A stretch of DNA of 63,839 bases, filler included, from Basidiobolus ranarum (Eukaryota): NCBI GenBank assembly GCA_040143965.1. It is 29 parts of 29 records of this genome, joined end to end, with 100 filler letters (N's around TTAATTAATTAA, not from the genome) between each part and the next. Parts side by side here need not be neighbours in the genome. Positions count along the whole stretch, not along the records: positions 1 to 2,114 come from JASJQH010003757.1; positions 2,215 to 4,327 come from JASJQH010003758.1; positions 4,428 to 6,540 come from JASJQH010003759.1; positions 6,641 to 8,752 come from JASJQH010003760.1; positions 8,853 to 10,964 come from JASJQH010003761.1; positions 11,065 to 13,175 come from JASJQH010003762.1; 23 more parts are not named here. One strand, 5' to 3'. Made by a program: the position numbers and the translations under genes. This document shows positions 1 through 13,175 of this stretch, piece by piece. Under the pieces are notes generated by a model. The model was not told the DNA's origin and made no database searches. It saw only the letters and a program-made list of their open reading frames with translations. Each line of letters starts with the position of its first letter. The first letter of the stretch is position 1.

Positions 1-1
1 C

Positions 2-1330
2 AAGAGAAGCACTGTTACTGATGCCGTTTCTAAAGAGAAGACTGTAACTAAATCTGCTACTGAAGCCAGATCTACACATACCATTGAAGAGCATAAGACT
101 GTTTCAGCTGCAGAACATCCTACTGAATCTACCAATAGAACCACTGTTACTGATGCCGTTTCCAAAGACAAGACTGTAACTAAATCTGCTACTGAAGCTA
201 GATCTACACATACCATTGAAGAGCATAAGACTATTTCGGTTGTAGAACATCCCACCGAGTCTGCCAAGAGAACCACTGTTACTGATGCCATTTCCAAAGA
301 CAAGACTGTAACTAAATCTGCTACTGAAGCTAGATCTACACATACCGTTGAAGAGCATAAGACTGTTTCAGCTGTAGAACATCCTACTGTATCTATCGAG
401 AGAATTACTGTTACAGACGCCATCTCCAAAGAGAAGACTGTAACTAAATCTGCTCCTGAAGTTAAGTCTACACATACTATTGAAGATTATAGAACTGTAT
501 CAGTTGTAGAGAAAGCTAATGTACCTGTCAAGACGATCACTGTTACTGAAGCCATTGCTGACGAGAAGACTGTAACTGAATCCGTCGCTCAAGTTAGACC
601 CACTTTTACTGTCTATGTTGACGAGCCAACTGTTTCCGTTATTACTGAAACTATTAATGATTATGAGACTGTTTCAGTTGTTGAATATTCTGATGCCAGA
701 ACAATTACTGTTACTGATGGCAACGAAATTATGGCAACTCAATATGTTAATGATGTTAGACCTACTCATACTATTTATGTTACTGAGCCAACCGAAGTTG
801 AGCAACAAGGTGTTAAGACCATTACCGTTATTGCTAACGAGATTTCTGTAACCGAATCTGAAGTCAAGCCTACTCATACTGTGTATGTTGTTGAGCAAAC
901 CGAATTTCTTCCTACCGTAACCGCCGAGGTCATTGAGAGATACGAGACTATTGTAGTTGAAAGACATGTTGAGAGTCCGGTTACAATTGTTACCAACGTA
1001 CCTACAGTATATTTAGAGACTCTCACTGTTGCCCAGGCTTGCACTCCTGTCACTGTAACACCAACTGTCACAGCCGCACCTATCACCGTTACCGTTACCC
1101 AAGCCATTGCCACCGTCACATCTACCGTCACAGCATCTTTGGAGGATAGCACACCTAAACCCACAGTTGCTCTTTGTGAGAATGGTGCCTACAAATGTGT
1201 TGATTCAGGATTTTCACCACGATTCACAGTCTGTGCCAATGGTAAATTAGACGAATATCATTGTGCAGCTGGTACTGTATGTAAAGATTTCCAAGAATCC
1301 ATTGTTTGTGACTGGCCAACTACCCAGTAG
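2..1330 (+). CDS. 5'-truncated Thr/Val/Glu-rich surface protein with 44-aa tandem repeats and a C-terminal 6-Cys (CBM19-like) module
   Basis: Frame 2 reads open from the contig start (KRSTVTDAVSKEKTVTKSATEARSTHTIEEH...) into ORF 731-1330. It ends CENGAYKC...FTVCANG...HCAAGTVC...IVCDW. Confidence 0.8.
   Translation, partial: KRSTVTDAVSKEKTVTKSATEARSTHTIEEHKTVSAAEHPTESTNRTTVTDAVSKDKTVTKSATEARSTHTIEEHKTISVVEHPTESAKRTTVTDAISKDKTVTKSATEARSTHTVEEHKTVSAVEHPTVSIERITVTDAISKEKTVTKSAPEVKSTHTIEDYRTVSVVEKANVPVKTITVTEAIADEKTVTESVAQVRPTFTVYVDEPTVSVITETINDYETVSVVEYSDARTITVTDGNEIMATQYVNDVRPTHTIYVTEPTEVEQQGVKTITVIANEISVTESEVKPTHTVYVVEQTEFLPTVTAEVIERYETIVVERHVESPVTIVTNVPTVYLETLTVAQACTPVTVTPTVTAAPITVTVTQAIATVTSTVTASLEDSTPKPTVALCENGAYKCVDSGFSPRFTVCANGKLDEYHCAAGTVCKDFQESIVCDWPTTQ
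11..670 (+). repeat. 132-bp (44-codon) coding tandem repeat, degenerating 3'
   Basis: The ACTGTTAC anchor recurs at 11, 143, 275, 407 and 539. Confidence 0.9.
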
Positions 1331-2114
1331 AAGATCTATTTCATTCATATGAGGCGATTGTATCGATTCATGATTTACTTCCCAACTTGTAAATAATAAA
1401 ATTCATTTCATTTCAGAAAGTATCAAAATTTTATGTAAACTTTTCATAGATTTATTACCAATTGGTATGATTTGAATGCAGATACTGGATACTCAAGTGG
1501 CTGTATAAGGTAAATGTTCACGATGACAAATCCTAATAAAAACCCAAGAGAAGGATTAAAGATCAGTGCACCGAAAAATCCACCAATCAAATGAACGTAT
1601 ATTATCTAATGCTTTAAATGGGATTTTTCTAGGGGTCTTTTCCATTTTCCTGTGAAAGGTAAATTCATATATGAAGTACCCAGTGCTATAGGGGAGCTAA
1701 GCCAATAGAGTTCTCTACCAGGATTGAGTAAACCAATGGAACTTACCGGCACATCCATACGTCATTAAACAAAGCAGGAGGCGGAATCAACAGTCTTTAC
1801 AGATCTAGTACGTAAGGTAGAATATGGGCGAATTTTCCTCAAATGATCATAACAAGGAGTATTACTCAATCTATCTAGTACAGAACAAGGTGAGATACCA
1901 AATATGTAAATAGATAGAAGTGATCTGCGCCTTAGTATCATTAGATCGGTCAATATTCAGTGGCCCAGGATTCAATGTTTGCTATTAACAATTGATAAAC
2001 TGGTGATGGAATCCATTGAGCTGGGCGCAATTTCTAGATATTCCTGAATAAATCTCTAATTCTGGTAAATCTTTCAATTTGCTGATGTCAACAATGAGGA
2101 TATCATGAGCTTTG

Positions 2115-2214
2115 NNNNNNNNNNNNNNNNNNNNNNNNNNNNNNNNNNNNNNNNNNNNTTAATTAATTAANNNNNNNNNNNNNNNNNNNNNNNNNNNNNN
2201 NNNNNNNNNNNNNN
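2115..2214. other. Artificial contig spacer (N44-TTAATTAATTAA-N44); 28 such spacers recur about every 2.2 kb through 61645-61744
   Basis: Identical 100-bp N-padded linker with stops in all six frames. Flanking contigs decrease steadily in length, as expected for size-sorted concatenation. Confidence 0.99.
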
Positions 2215-2499
2215 AGGGCGAGCAAGAGATGTGCCCAACAAGTACACTCCTTCGTAGATAGTGTTGGCTTGGACAGCAGGGAAGATGAGTTCTTCAACAA
2301 ACTCACGTCTCAAGTCTTCGATGAACACCTTGGAGGCACCAATCTTGAGAGCCTTTTCACGGGCAGCGTCGAAGTCTTCTTCTTGGCCGACGTTGGCAAG
2401 GTAAGCAAGGACTTCGTATCCTTGTTCTATGAGCCAAACGAGAATGCAAGAGGTATCAAGACCTCCAGAGTAAGCTAAAAGAACCTTTCCTTGGGACAT
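2215..2499 (-). CDS. ARG1: Argininosuccinate synthase, N-terminal 95 aa (copy 1, runs off contig)
   Basis: [13 protein letters not shown] nucleotide-binding motif and [14 protein letters not shown] signature. Confidence 0.97.
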
Positions 2500-4042
2500 T
2501 GTTTGTGATACTTGAAATTAAATGAGATAATGTTCGAATCCTTATTCTGATGGCTGTATTTATACTATATGCGAATAATTTTATCCAGCCATCTTGTAAA
2601 ATTTTGTCAAGTTTCTTTGAAGTCTTACTTTACAAGCTTCAATTATTACTCGGGATTCATTCCGATAATCATTTGATCATACTTTGTCACATCCCCGATT
2701 TTCTCAAGCCTCTTGTGTCTCCCAAAAATTCTTTTTGCGGACATTTCTCATCCATTGTTTTCTCACATGGTTTGTGTTTTCCCAATCAGGAAGAAATATA
2801 TTTTGCAAAGATAAATCATTAATGGTCATTTAAGTTTGTCAGAAATATGCAGGCATTCCAAATTTGTTCGGATTTTTCTTTTTACTTCTACACATGTCCA
2901 TCTCTAGCTCACTTCAAGACTAAATATGGTATTCTTTTTGTTCTTTGTGCGATGTATTATTTGATCGTACCCCATAAACCGATGTTGTATGCGGTAAGAG
3001 TCATCAGTATTTATTGTGGTTGATTGTGAATGCAATCTAGAATTTGAATGTTAAGTGTACTGATAATTAATCGAATGCATAATAGTTAATTTTGGGGGTA
3101 ACGGGTAAGAATCATGAGTTCACTACAGTCCATGAGTGTAAGTTTCGAGCTTGTTAAAATCAGTACAACAGCGACTTGAATACATTATTAAGGTTTGAAT
3201 GGGACGCTTGTGGGTGCAATCCATGGGTCAGGAATCCCAGGTATTTACCATTTTCTCGGTTTATATGAGTTCTCAATTGAATGTTATGAGAATGGCTTAG
3301 ATTAGGGCGTTTTATATGAGACACAAGTTAGGAAATGTAGGCCAAGTATCCTATGGTCTTGAGCCCTGAAATTAGGGACAGATTCGCATCTGTAAGGTAA
3401 ACAAACATCCAAGAATGCGGTTCGATTGATCCAATCCTTCTTTCGTACAGCATGATCGATGTAATTAGATTGGAGGTGAAAGGTAACTCAATAACGTAGA
3501 AGAGGTTCATTAAACCGGCTTCTCTTTTGATATTGAAGTTCGCGGTTCCAAGAAGTAGGGATCCGGAATAAACTTGAAAGCTAACACTAACAGTTCTTTG
3601 TTTTTAGAAAAACGGACCTGCTTCATACTAAAGAAGTCCAGTAATTCACCCTTGGGTTCAGATCGCCATGCCTCAATGGATATTATATTGAAACATTAGG
3701 AGTTGTAGATGTCAAACATGCAACCAAACTTTCGAATTTGGTTCAATAATGAACAAACTGATTGCTCGTTTAAGACCTTATGAGTGAACTTGCACTTCAT
3801 TAATAATAAAGTTGACTCTACTTTAACCCATTACCTTGACAGTGAATGTTTTATTGAGGTAAATAATCGAGGAATTGAATCAATTGGTATCAAACGATTA
3901 ATCAACATGCCGACAATAAAATATATCTAGATACTAATCTAGCAAATGAACCAATAACCATCAACTTGACGATTCAAATGTGTATATATAAAGCTATAAT
4001 TCCCTAGTTCAAAGATCATAAACATCTCAATCATATTACACT

Positions 4043-4327
4043 ATGTCTCAAGGAAAAGTTCTATTAGCATACTCCGGTGGTCTTGATACCTCTTGCATTC
4101 TCGTTTGGCTCATCGAGCAAGGATACGAAGTCCTTGCTTACCTTGCCAACGTCGGCCAAGAAGAAGACTTCGACGCTGCCCGTGAAAAAGCTCTCAAGAT
4201 TGGTGCCTCCAAGGTATTCATCGAAGACTTGAGACGTGAGTTTGTTGAAGAACTCATCTTCCCTGCTGTCCAAGCCAACACTATCTACGAAGGAGTGTAC
4301 TTGTTGGGCACATCTCTTGCTCGCCCT
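4043..4327 (+). CDS. ARG1: Argininosuccinate synthase, N-terminal 95 aa (copy 2, runs off contig)
   Basis: Protein identical to copy 1. TATATAAA-like element near 3985. Confidence 0.97.
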
Positions 4328-4427
4328 NNNNNNNNNNNNNNNNNNNNNNNNNNNNNNNNNNNNNNNNNNNNTTAATTAATTAANNNNNNNNNNNNNNNNN
4401 NNNNNNNNNNNNNNNNNNNNNNNNNNN

Positions 4428-5555
4428 CACATTAATGGCGGAAAAATGTTGCAACTTATGAAATTTTGAGTAGCACTGACACTTGGCATAATAGCTGACT
4501 CTTGTTACCATGGACAATCAGCATATTCACTTGGACTTTGGCAAATTTCTGCAAAGAATTCCACCACAATCTCCCCAATTGACAGTCAACAAATATCCTG
4601 TCATAAATAGATATGTGACTGCTTGAACAGATTACCCCATGGCTAAAACAATAAAATTCTGTATCTTGATCTATTTAGCCACCAAGTCTTTCTTGCAGCT
4701 TGCCTAGGAATACTGTCACACTAGCTCATACACAAAATTGTCTGAAACATGGAGGTATTAACTCTGTTTCCATCAATTGACTTTTGTTACTGTTTTTACA
4801 CCCAAACAATGCAAAAACACATGAGCATATGGAAAAGAGACCTATATTCAAAGTTTAATATAGTCTGCAGTCTTCTTAGCCCATTGCATGATATCCTTCA
4901 CCAATTTTTCTGATACATTGTTCATCAGATTAGCATTTGCAATACTGACAATTTTGCACAGAGCATCATCTCACACCAGGTGTGCTCCATTGGGAACTCC
5001 TAGAATGTATTGTAAGGGCCTATGATCCCTAAGCTTTGGGTAAGAGGCAGCACAGAGTGAATTGAATACTGGCATAGATTCAGTCTATTTTCTCTAAACC
5101 TGAAATCAAGTTTTTTAAAATCCAATTAGAAAACTCTCTCACAGTTGCTGTGTCTGTCTGAGATCTGCCAATGTGACTCAATATAGTAAGAATATATTAG
5201 CAAAATCCACAAACAACTCCCAATATTGCCAGTACTGATAAGGGAGAAATCTTTTCAAGATTCCACTTGATTAAACACAAAGTGAATACTTCCAGTCCTT
5301 GCATTTAACACCTTGCCCATATGAGTAAATAATGATAGGAGTCCTGGTACAATATGATGGTATCTTGATGTTTTCAGCATTTACAATCAATTCAAACTTT
5401 GATCACATCTTGTATGGCTTATTCAGAATGAATATTTGACTATGCAGCTGAGAGTAGAGAATTGGAATGTTATTAAATAGTACAGGCATAGTGACCAATG
5501 GGGAGCTCTGGCTCCAGCTGATCCCCTTTAGCAATATAATCATAGTCTTACCTTC
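4428..5555 (-). mobile_element. Heavily decayed CMC/EnSpm (Tnp2-like) transposase fragment
   Basis: Homologous by eye to the better copies at 11065-13175 and 33153-34629 (GISWSQS.P, EFPMEHT segments). Many stops. Confidence 0.8.
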
Positions 5556-6640
5556 TAGTGGGATAGCATTGCAACCCACTAGCAGATTGACTTATTTCCA
5601 TTTCTAGCTCATAAAATTACTATCTCACAGCTTCTACTTGATTATCTATATTTGACTAATGCATATTTTCAGGCCTATCATATCACACTATTAGTACAAT
5701 AAACTATCATTTGAAATTTATCTATATTAACCCCCTTTAGCCATATTAGTTTCTGGAAATTTCTATAATCTTGAGGAATGCACCACTTGATTGTAGGAAT
5801 ATTTACTGATTATGTGAATAATCACCAATATAACTTGATTTTGCCGGAATATTCCATTAGTTTCTGAATTATTCTACAACCTTCCAGAACAAACCATTGA
5901 TTACTAATCTTATGATTTGTGATGATATCATATTTCCTAGATCCTCACCAATATAATTTCTAGGAACTTTTTGGAAATTCTCATCAGTAATTGTTTCTAC
6001 CTTCAGATATGTATTAATAGGAGCCATATTTTTTCAATAAAATCATCCTGGTTTTCAAATAACAATTACTACTGGTGATCACCCCTTATCTTAATCACCT
6101 CTTACAAGACCTTGGAAGAGGAAGCTCACAAGAGACTGCCAGAGACAATTAGAGGCTACTGTGTAACTGGAAAGGACTTGGCTGGAAAGGAAGTACTGAC
6201 TGGTAGGTGTAATATTTTTGATACTTTACATATTTTTTCCTAGGTTTTTCTGTATAGGCAAGGAACTTTTCATATCCTTAGATAAGTCGCATCTAGTGCA
6301 ACCTTGTTCAAGACCCTGCTGGCTGAGTTTTCAGTTGTTTTTGATTGGACACACTCTTTTTATCTGATCATTCTCAAAGGATGTTGAAGCCATTATATTC
6401 TTTTATCAGGCACCAGCTTGTTGTTCAACAGAAAGCTGGACATTACATTGAGGTTTATCAGTCCTTAAACATTTCTATAGGCTTGCTCCCAGTTCACAAA
6501 GACCCTAAAGCCCTAAAAAAAGTTAAAGGGATTTGATTGGNNNNNNNNNNNNNNNNNNNNNNNNNNNNNNNNNNNNNNNNNNNNTTAATTAATTAANNNN
6601 NNNNNNNNNNNNNNNNNNNNNNNNNNNNNNNNNNNNNNNN

Positions 6641-7136
6641 CACCATTTGTAAGATAAGAGAAGACTATAGCCAAATTGGCATATAATGGGGAAGAATGCA
6701 GAAGGCCAGGATGTGTCACAGCTAACAAGAGGCCCAGAGGAGGGATACTCACCAAGAGGCAAAAGCTTTATGATGAAAATTTTTCCCATGTTAAAGCATG
6801 AGTGGAACATAGCTTTAGTTTCCTAAAGAGATACAGAATTGTAGCACAAAAGTATAGAGGAAAATCATTTTGTGGGCTTCAATCAAAGTCAGGTAAAGTG
6901 GTTAACATCTTGATCAATTCTCAATACATTCATACTCAAATATATCCATTGGGAGCTCTAGACTTAAGACACTATGAATAAAGCTTTCATCATCTCTTGA
7001 ATGTGCAATAATGTTTAGATGTACTTTTCCTCAATATACCACATAAGTAAAGCTACTGTTTCTAATATGGTAAATAAAATTGTGCCAGATAGTGCCCAAT
7101 CATACAAATTTGTGCTGACACACTTTTCAACTGGCC
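6641..7136 (+). mobile_element. 3' end of a PIF/Harbinger-like element (DDE_Tnp_4 C-terminus plus terminus ...CTGGCC)
   Basis: Translates VEHSFSFLKRYRIVAQKYRG. A reverse-complement homolog lies at 61257-61644. The end is followed by TGA. Confidence 0.65.
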
Positions 7137-8752
7137 TGATCTGGCTTAATTGATTGATATTACCAATGGGTCTTCAGATTGAAGTTTGCAGATGTCTTCA
7201 TTGATTGTGCTTGAACTAGACAGAGAAAGGGCAGTTGCACTAATTTGAAGTTGGTAGTACTTCAGTAAGGAAGTATTTTGGTGGCCAAAGGCCTCATCCC
7301 CTTCTTTAGGCTGATATTCTGCTCTATGTGATAAGGCATCAGGTTTTCCATGCTGGCTACCTGGTTGGTATGTAATCACAAAATCAAAACTGGCATGAAA
7401 TAATGACCATCTTGCTTGATGATGGTTGAGAAATTTGGTTGTACTAAAATACTGAAGATTCTTGTGATCACAATAAACTGTGATTTTGAGATTTGCTTCA
7501 TCCAAGTATTGTCACCATTGCTCAAACGCAGCAATAATTGTTAATAGTTCCTTGTTATATACATCATAGTTAATTTTTGTGACAGAGAGTTTTCTTGAGT
7601 AAAAGGCAACAGGGTGCAGTAATTTGTCATCATCAAATTGTGATAGTACTGCTCCTAGAGCAAAGTTGGATGCATCAGTTTGAACAATAAATGGCTTGTC
7701 TAGCTTGGGATGTGCCAGGATTGCTGCTGAGGTAAAAGAGCTCTTTAAAGTTACAAATGCTTTTTGGCAAGATTGGTTCCAGTTGAGTAGGAGTTCTTTG
7801 TTTGTATGGTTTGTTAATGGAGCAGATATTTTGGAGTAGTTCTTGACAAATCAACTGTAAAAGCTTGCAAATCCAAGGAAAGATTGGACATCCTTAACAT
7901 TCTAGGGAATATCTCAACCAAGAACAGATTCAACCTTCTTAGTGTCCATGGAGATGCCTGATGGGCAGATGTTATATGCAAGGAAGTCAACTTGAGCTTG
8001 ATCAAATTCACATTTCTGAAGTTTAGCATAGAGCCCAGAGGTTTTCAACTTTTTTAGGACTTGGGAAACAAGAATATTAAGTTCTTCTTGAGAGCTTGAG
8101 AAAACCAAGATAATGTCAAGGAAGATTAACACAAATTGGTCAAGATACTCTCTGAAGATATCATTCATCAGGTGTTGAAAGACTGCAGAGGCATTAGTAA
8201 GTCCACATGGCATGACATTGTATTCAAAGTGTTCATAGCAAGTTCAAAAGGCAGTTTTACATTGGTCTCCTGGTTTGATTCTTACAAGATTGCTAGCACC
8301 TCTTAGATCAATCTTTGTAAACACCTTGGCTGAAGCAAGCTGATCCAAGAGTGAGTTATTAATGACAAGGGGTACCAATTTTTGACTGTAATGCTATTTA
8401 GGCATTGAAAATCAACACAGAGATGGAGGGAACCATCCTTTATTAATAAATAAGATTGGAGAGTCTGCTGGGGATTTAGAATGTTGGATAAATCCTTTCT
8501 CCACATTTTCTGCAATGTACTCTTTCCAAATGTTGAGTTCCAGCTGCAAAGGCCCATATGTAGGCCCAAATGGTGGTTATTTTCCTGCTTGTATATCTCT
8601 AGGGCAATCATATGGGTGGTGAGCTGGGAGTATATCAGATCTCTTCTTGTCAAAGACATCAGCAAAGGCTTGGTATTTGGGTGGGAGCTTATGAACCATA
8701 GGTTTTGTAGGCTTCAGCTCTTCAGCAATACTGTCAACAGATATTGGCTTTA
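7137..8752 (-). mobile_element. Ty3/Gypsy pol pseudogene (reverse transcriptase, RNase H)
   Basis: LHLCVDFQCLN, MPCGLTNASAVFQHLMNDIF, FLDIILVFS (degenerate YLDD), DASNFALGAVL, VYCDHKNLQYF. Frameshifted. Confidence 0.93.
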
Positions 8753-8852
8753 NNNNNNNNNNNNNNNNNNNNNNNNNNNNNNNNNNNNNNNNNNNNTTAA
8801 TTAATTAANNNNNNNNNNNNNNNNNNNNNNNNNNNNNNNNNNNNNNNNNNNN

Positions 8853-9480
8853 CCAAAATGTATAAATGCTTTATTTTTGGACAATATATAATTATCTCAC
8901 AAAGCTATTCACAACTCCACTTTTCTAAAGTATCCCCAAACAGCCCATATTCTCCCAATAGTTACTAGGCTACAAAACCTGTGTGACAGGCTATTCAGGA
9001 CTGTAACTATAATATCTTCATCAGGAGTAGATACTCAAATGCATTCCTTTTCATCCACTACAATAGTGACTATATTAATTAGCAAATTAATGCCTTCTCC
9101 TGGCTTCACTTTTAAGTTAAAGAATTGCCTTCTCAGAAGCATCCTGTTGGCAGCAGAACTTGTTTGATAGGTGTCTTCCAAGGCTTTCCATACCTGCTTG
9201 GCAGCTTTGGCTTGTGGACATTGAATTAGCAATCTGACTTTAACATTAAGACATATTGTTTTATAGGCACACTGTTCTTTTTTAACCTGGAGTAAAACTT
9301 AGGTTTCAGATAGTTTTGTGTTATTTTCTTCTTCTATAACAATGTGCCAGAGTCCTTTTCTTGCAGCAGCATTTTCATCTTAATTTTCCCAATTTGAAAA
9401 TTAATTCCATCCAATTATTCACAATAAGGAAAGGTTCCTTGAATTTAAGAAGCAGACAATACAGACAGTGCAAGCTTGGC
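8853..9480 (-). mobile_element. Ty1/Copia gag (UBN2-type) remnant
   Basis: AKQVWKALEDTYQTSSAANRMLLRRQFFNLK. A homologous segment occurs at 31665-31870. Confidence 0.8.
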
Positions 9481-9761
9481 ACTCATAAGCTGCTAAAGTA
9501 TTTGAGAGCCTGTTGGCAGTGGTTTCAAGGATTGGAGAAATTGGTAGTTTTCACTTGTTAATATATTGAGAGGAAAGTTGCCATTTATAGTTCTGTCAAG
9601 ATGTAAGCAAATTAATGTGTAGAATGTGTCAAGGAAAGTCCAAGGAACAAGGGTGCAAAGTTTTGGGCTTCTAACACAAGTTTGAAAAATCTGTATATCT
9701 GAGGACTTCTAAGTTGGTATAAATATTTCACATAAATTCCAATTGAGATTAATGAATATTT

Positions 9762-10362
9762 TGTTGCAGGAACTTGACATAATGGGAGCAGACTTTGTGT
9801 ATTAGATGCAGCTTAAAATAGTGTGTTTTAGCTACTTTCTTCTTAAGAGTATATGGTGACCTATATAGTAGAAAAGTTAATGAGTTGTCTGACATATTCA
9901 GGAGTTTGTGTAATATGATATAAGAGATAAGTGTGGGTAATAAGATATACTTGTAATATAGATACAGAGATATTCCTATTTAAAGTAAAGGGGCTATAGA
10001 TACATTGCTTTCTGTTTTTCATATATGTCGCAACTAGAGCTAAATAAGATATTGAACAAAGATCAATTATCCTACACCTTTCCTGTATTGTTATTCAGCA
10101 TTTTGCTTATATTCACTGATGCCTATTCCGGCTCATAACTTCTCAAAGCTTGAAGTTTTGAGTTGTTTTGTTAGCATATCTGCAAGCATATTTTCAGTAT
10201 TACAATAAATACAGTTCACTTCTTTTTCTTGAACATTCTCTGGTATAAAAGGATGTCTTATATCAATATACTTCATCCTTGAGTGATGCTCAAGATTATT
10301 GATGATCTGAATACAACCAATACTATCTTCATATATTAGGTTAGGATTAACTTGATCAGATC
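9762..10362 (-). mobile_element. Copia RNase H 3' end and LTR remnant
   Basis: Minus strand reads H.RMKYIDIRHPF...NTENMLADMLTK. The TGTTG...GACATAATGGG end recurs near 47693 and 52749. Confidence 0.7.
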
Positions 10363-10906
10363 TGTCACAATAAGGAACTGGACAAGTACTGGAAACAATG
10401 ACAAGAGGCTAGAAGGCTGGAGAGACTTGGATGTACACCACTAGATAAGACAAGACAAGACTGGACAGGGAAGATACTTTTGCAAGAATCTTGATTGGTA
10501 ACTGGTGTTGAACAAATCTCAGTCTGATCAAGGAATAAGTGGAGCTTATATAGATATTGCAGGGTGAAACATAATATACCTAAAAGGGAATATAATATGG
10601 CAAGTACAAGTGTTTGGGTGTTGGGGACTACAAGGACCAATACAAAGGGGGTGATATAAGCGTGATGTCAGGATCATCAGGTGACCTTCCATGCAAGATC
10701 TTGGTGGAAACACACTATGTGTGGGATGACATGAATGGTTAGGTTTCATGGGATGTTCCAAAGAACATGACTTCCATATAAGGTAACCTGGATGAGCTAA
10801 CATAAGATTGCCAAGAAGGGATGGCACAGCAGATATGATGTCATAATCTAATAATAGAAGAGTTCTATTTGCAGTGGATGAGTATGCCAAGGTCAGAAGC
10901 ATGAGA
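10363..10906 (-). repeat. Gypsy LTR (about 540 bp) with adjacent polypurine tract
   Basis: Homolog of the LTR at 31136-31664. Pyrimidine tract on + at about 10907-10920 corresponds to the PPT on -. Confidence 0.8.
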
Positions 10907-11064
10907 GTATCCTCTCCTTTAGTGATGGCTTCCAGACATCATAGGGCCAGGTTTTTCTGGGCAGNNNNNNNNNNNNNNNNNNNNNNNNNNNNNNNNNNNN
11001 NNNNNNNNTTAATTAATTAANNNNNNNNNNNNNNNNNNNNNNNNNNNNNNNNNNNNNNNNNNNN

Positions 11065-13175
11065 CAATATGCTTTACCATCAAACTACCAGGGTAAAAGT
11101 TGATAAACATCTGAATTTTTGAATAGCACTGACACTTTACAAATAGCTGACTCTGGTTACCATTCACAATGAGATTAAGCTCTTGGATTTTGGCAAATTT
11201 CCATAAAGAATTCCGCCAATATATCCTCTTCTTGCAGTCAACAAATATCCTGCCACAAGTAGATGTGCATTGCTGGAATAGATTACCCCATGGCTGAAAC
11301 AATAATACCACATATCTTGAGCTATCTCACCAAGAAGTCTGTCTTGCAGCTTTCCTAAAAACACTGTCAGATTTTCACACAAACAAATTAGTCCAATTCT
11401 AGAGGTGCTGACTCTGTGTCCATGGATTGGGCTTTGTTGCTGTTATTGTGCTCAAACAATGCAAAAACCTGTGAGCACATTGAAAAGAGCCCTGTGTTGG
11501 CAGGTGAATATACTCTGGAGTCTCCTTAACCAATTGTATACATCCATCACTGATTTTGCTTATACATTGTTAATTAGATTAGAATATGTTAATACTGACA
11601 ATTTCACATGGAGCATCATTTCACTGAAGATGCGCTCCATTGGAAAGTCCCTGAATGCATAACAAGGGCCTATAATCTTGAAGTATTGTGAAAGATGCTG
11701 CAGGGAATGTATTAAATACAGGCATAGATTCAGTCTATCTTCTTTAAACCTGTAATAAAGTCTTTCATATCCAATTACAAAATCTTTGCATAGTTGCTGT
11801 ATCAGCCTGAGATCTGCCAATGTGAGTTGATGCTGCAAGAATATATTAACAATATCCACAAACAACTCCCAATGTTGCCAATATTTATCAAGCCAAAATC
11901 TTTTCACAGTTCCACTTGAATATATACAAATCCATTACTTCCTATCTTTGCATTTGCATAAACACCTGGATTAGTGGATATTGATGGGAGTCCTAGTAAA
12001 ATATGATGCTATCTTGATGTTTTCAAGCATTTTCCAAATCAATTCAAACTTTGATCCTATCTTGAATGGTTCATTCATATTGAATTTTCCACTACATAGC
12101 TGAGTAAGTGGTATCGGAATGTTGTTGAATAGTAAATTCATAGTGCCCAATGGGAAGCCCTGGCTCCAGCTGATCCCCTTTAGAAATATAATCTTAGGCT
12201 TACAGCTAATACCAAGTTTGATGTAAGACTGACTATTTGGTGAATTGATATCAGTGATCATATTGAAATCTGACCGGGTTCTTGATGGTAAAATCATGGA
12301 GTTCAGTGTTGTATTTGGATAGTAGTACTGCATATGTCTCATGGAGTAAACTCCATTGATTTGACAAAATCTACAGCAAGATAGTGCATTGTGCCCATGA
12401 AACCTCCAAGTTTACCGATGGCAGGAGGGTCACCAATACATACAATGATATTAGCTTTAATAAAATATTCACCCATCTGAACCCCATTAGATTACCATTC
12501 AAATTCCACAATCAAAGTATCCAAGAGGCTATCTATAAGCACTGGTTATTTAGGTTCAGATATGATGGATAGTATCAAAATATTATGACTCTTACACTGT
12601 TTGGATGGAGGAAGATTTAAGTTGATTAAAATTATTGGCCAGCAAGCCTTTCCAATGGTATATTTGTTTTGTGACAAACCATCCAGTGCCAATGCAAATG
12701 CATGATCATACAAGTTCTCAAAGAAACCTTGACTTTTCAGATTCCAGTAGTGATATCCATCATGTATATTGGTAATACCATCAGCTTTACAGTGAGTACT
12801 TTGGTATTGGAACAATGATCTATATTTGAATGATTTCATCAAAACTTTAAGATTGGTAATCAACTGTATGTAAGCCAAATATGAACAATATTTACCTGAT
12901 TCAGTGATGTCCAATTTTGTGCAAACAGTACATGACTTTAGGTTTTTCAGATCACTGATGATAGCCACACAACCATTTGGACCTGAAGGTAGTTTAATTA
13001 CTGAAGGATCATAAGTCATACGATTGACAAGTGTTTTCTACTTGTACCAGGCCTGTGGCAAGCAACAGTTGCCAATCAACTGTGGTAAATGTGTAAGAAA
13101 ACCAATGAGCATGTAAGTTGATTGGATTGAACTCTCCACTCCTCAATAATCAAAGCTGCTTCCTTTACAGTAAGT
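11065..13175 (-). mobile_element. CMC/EnSpm (Tnp2/Transposase_21-like) transposase pseudogene
   Basis: ALALDG, CWPIILINLNLPP, IIS.PK, GD.PA, IHSLQHL, GPCYAF.DFPMER motifs, broken by stops. Confidence 0.85.

Noticed and set aside
104-1164. Antisense and alternate-frame ORFs over the repeat protein
   Set aside because: They are shadows of the repetitive + strand CDS.
10365-10902. Recurrent hydrophobic ORFs (also 27050-27406 and 31215-31520) suggesting a conserved small gene
   Set aside because: They lie within copies of the same Gypsy LTR, and their starts and stops differ between copies.
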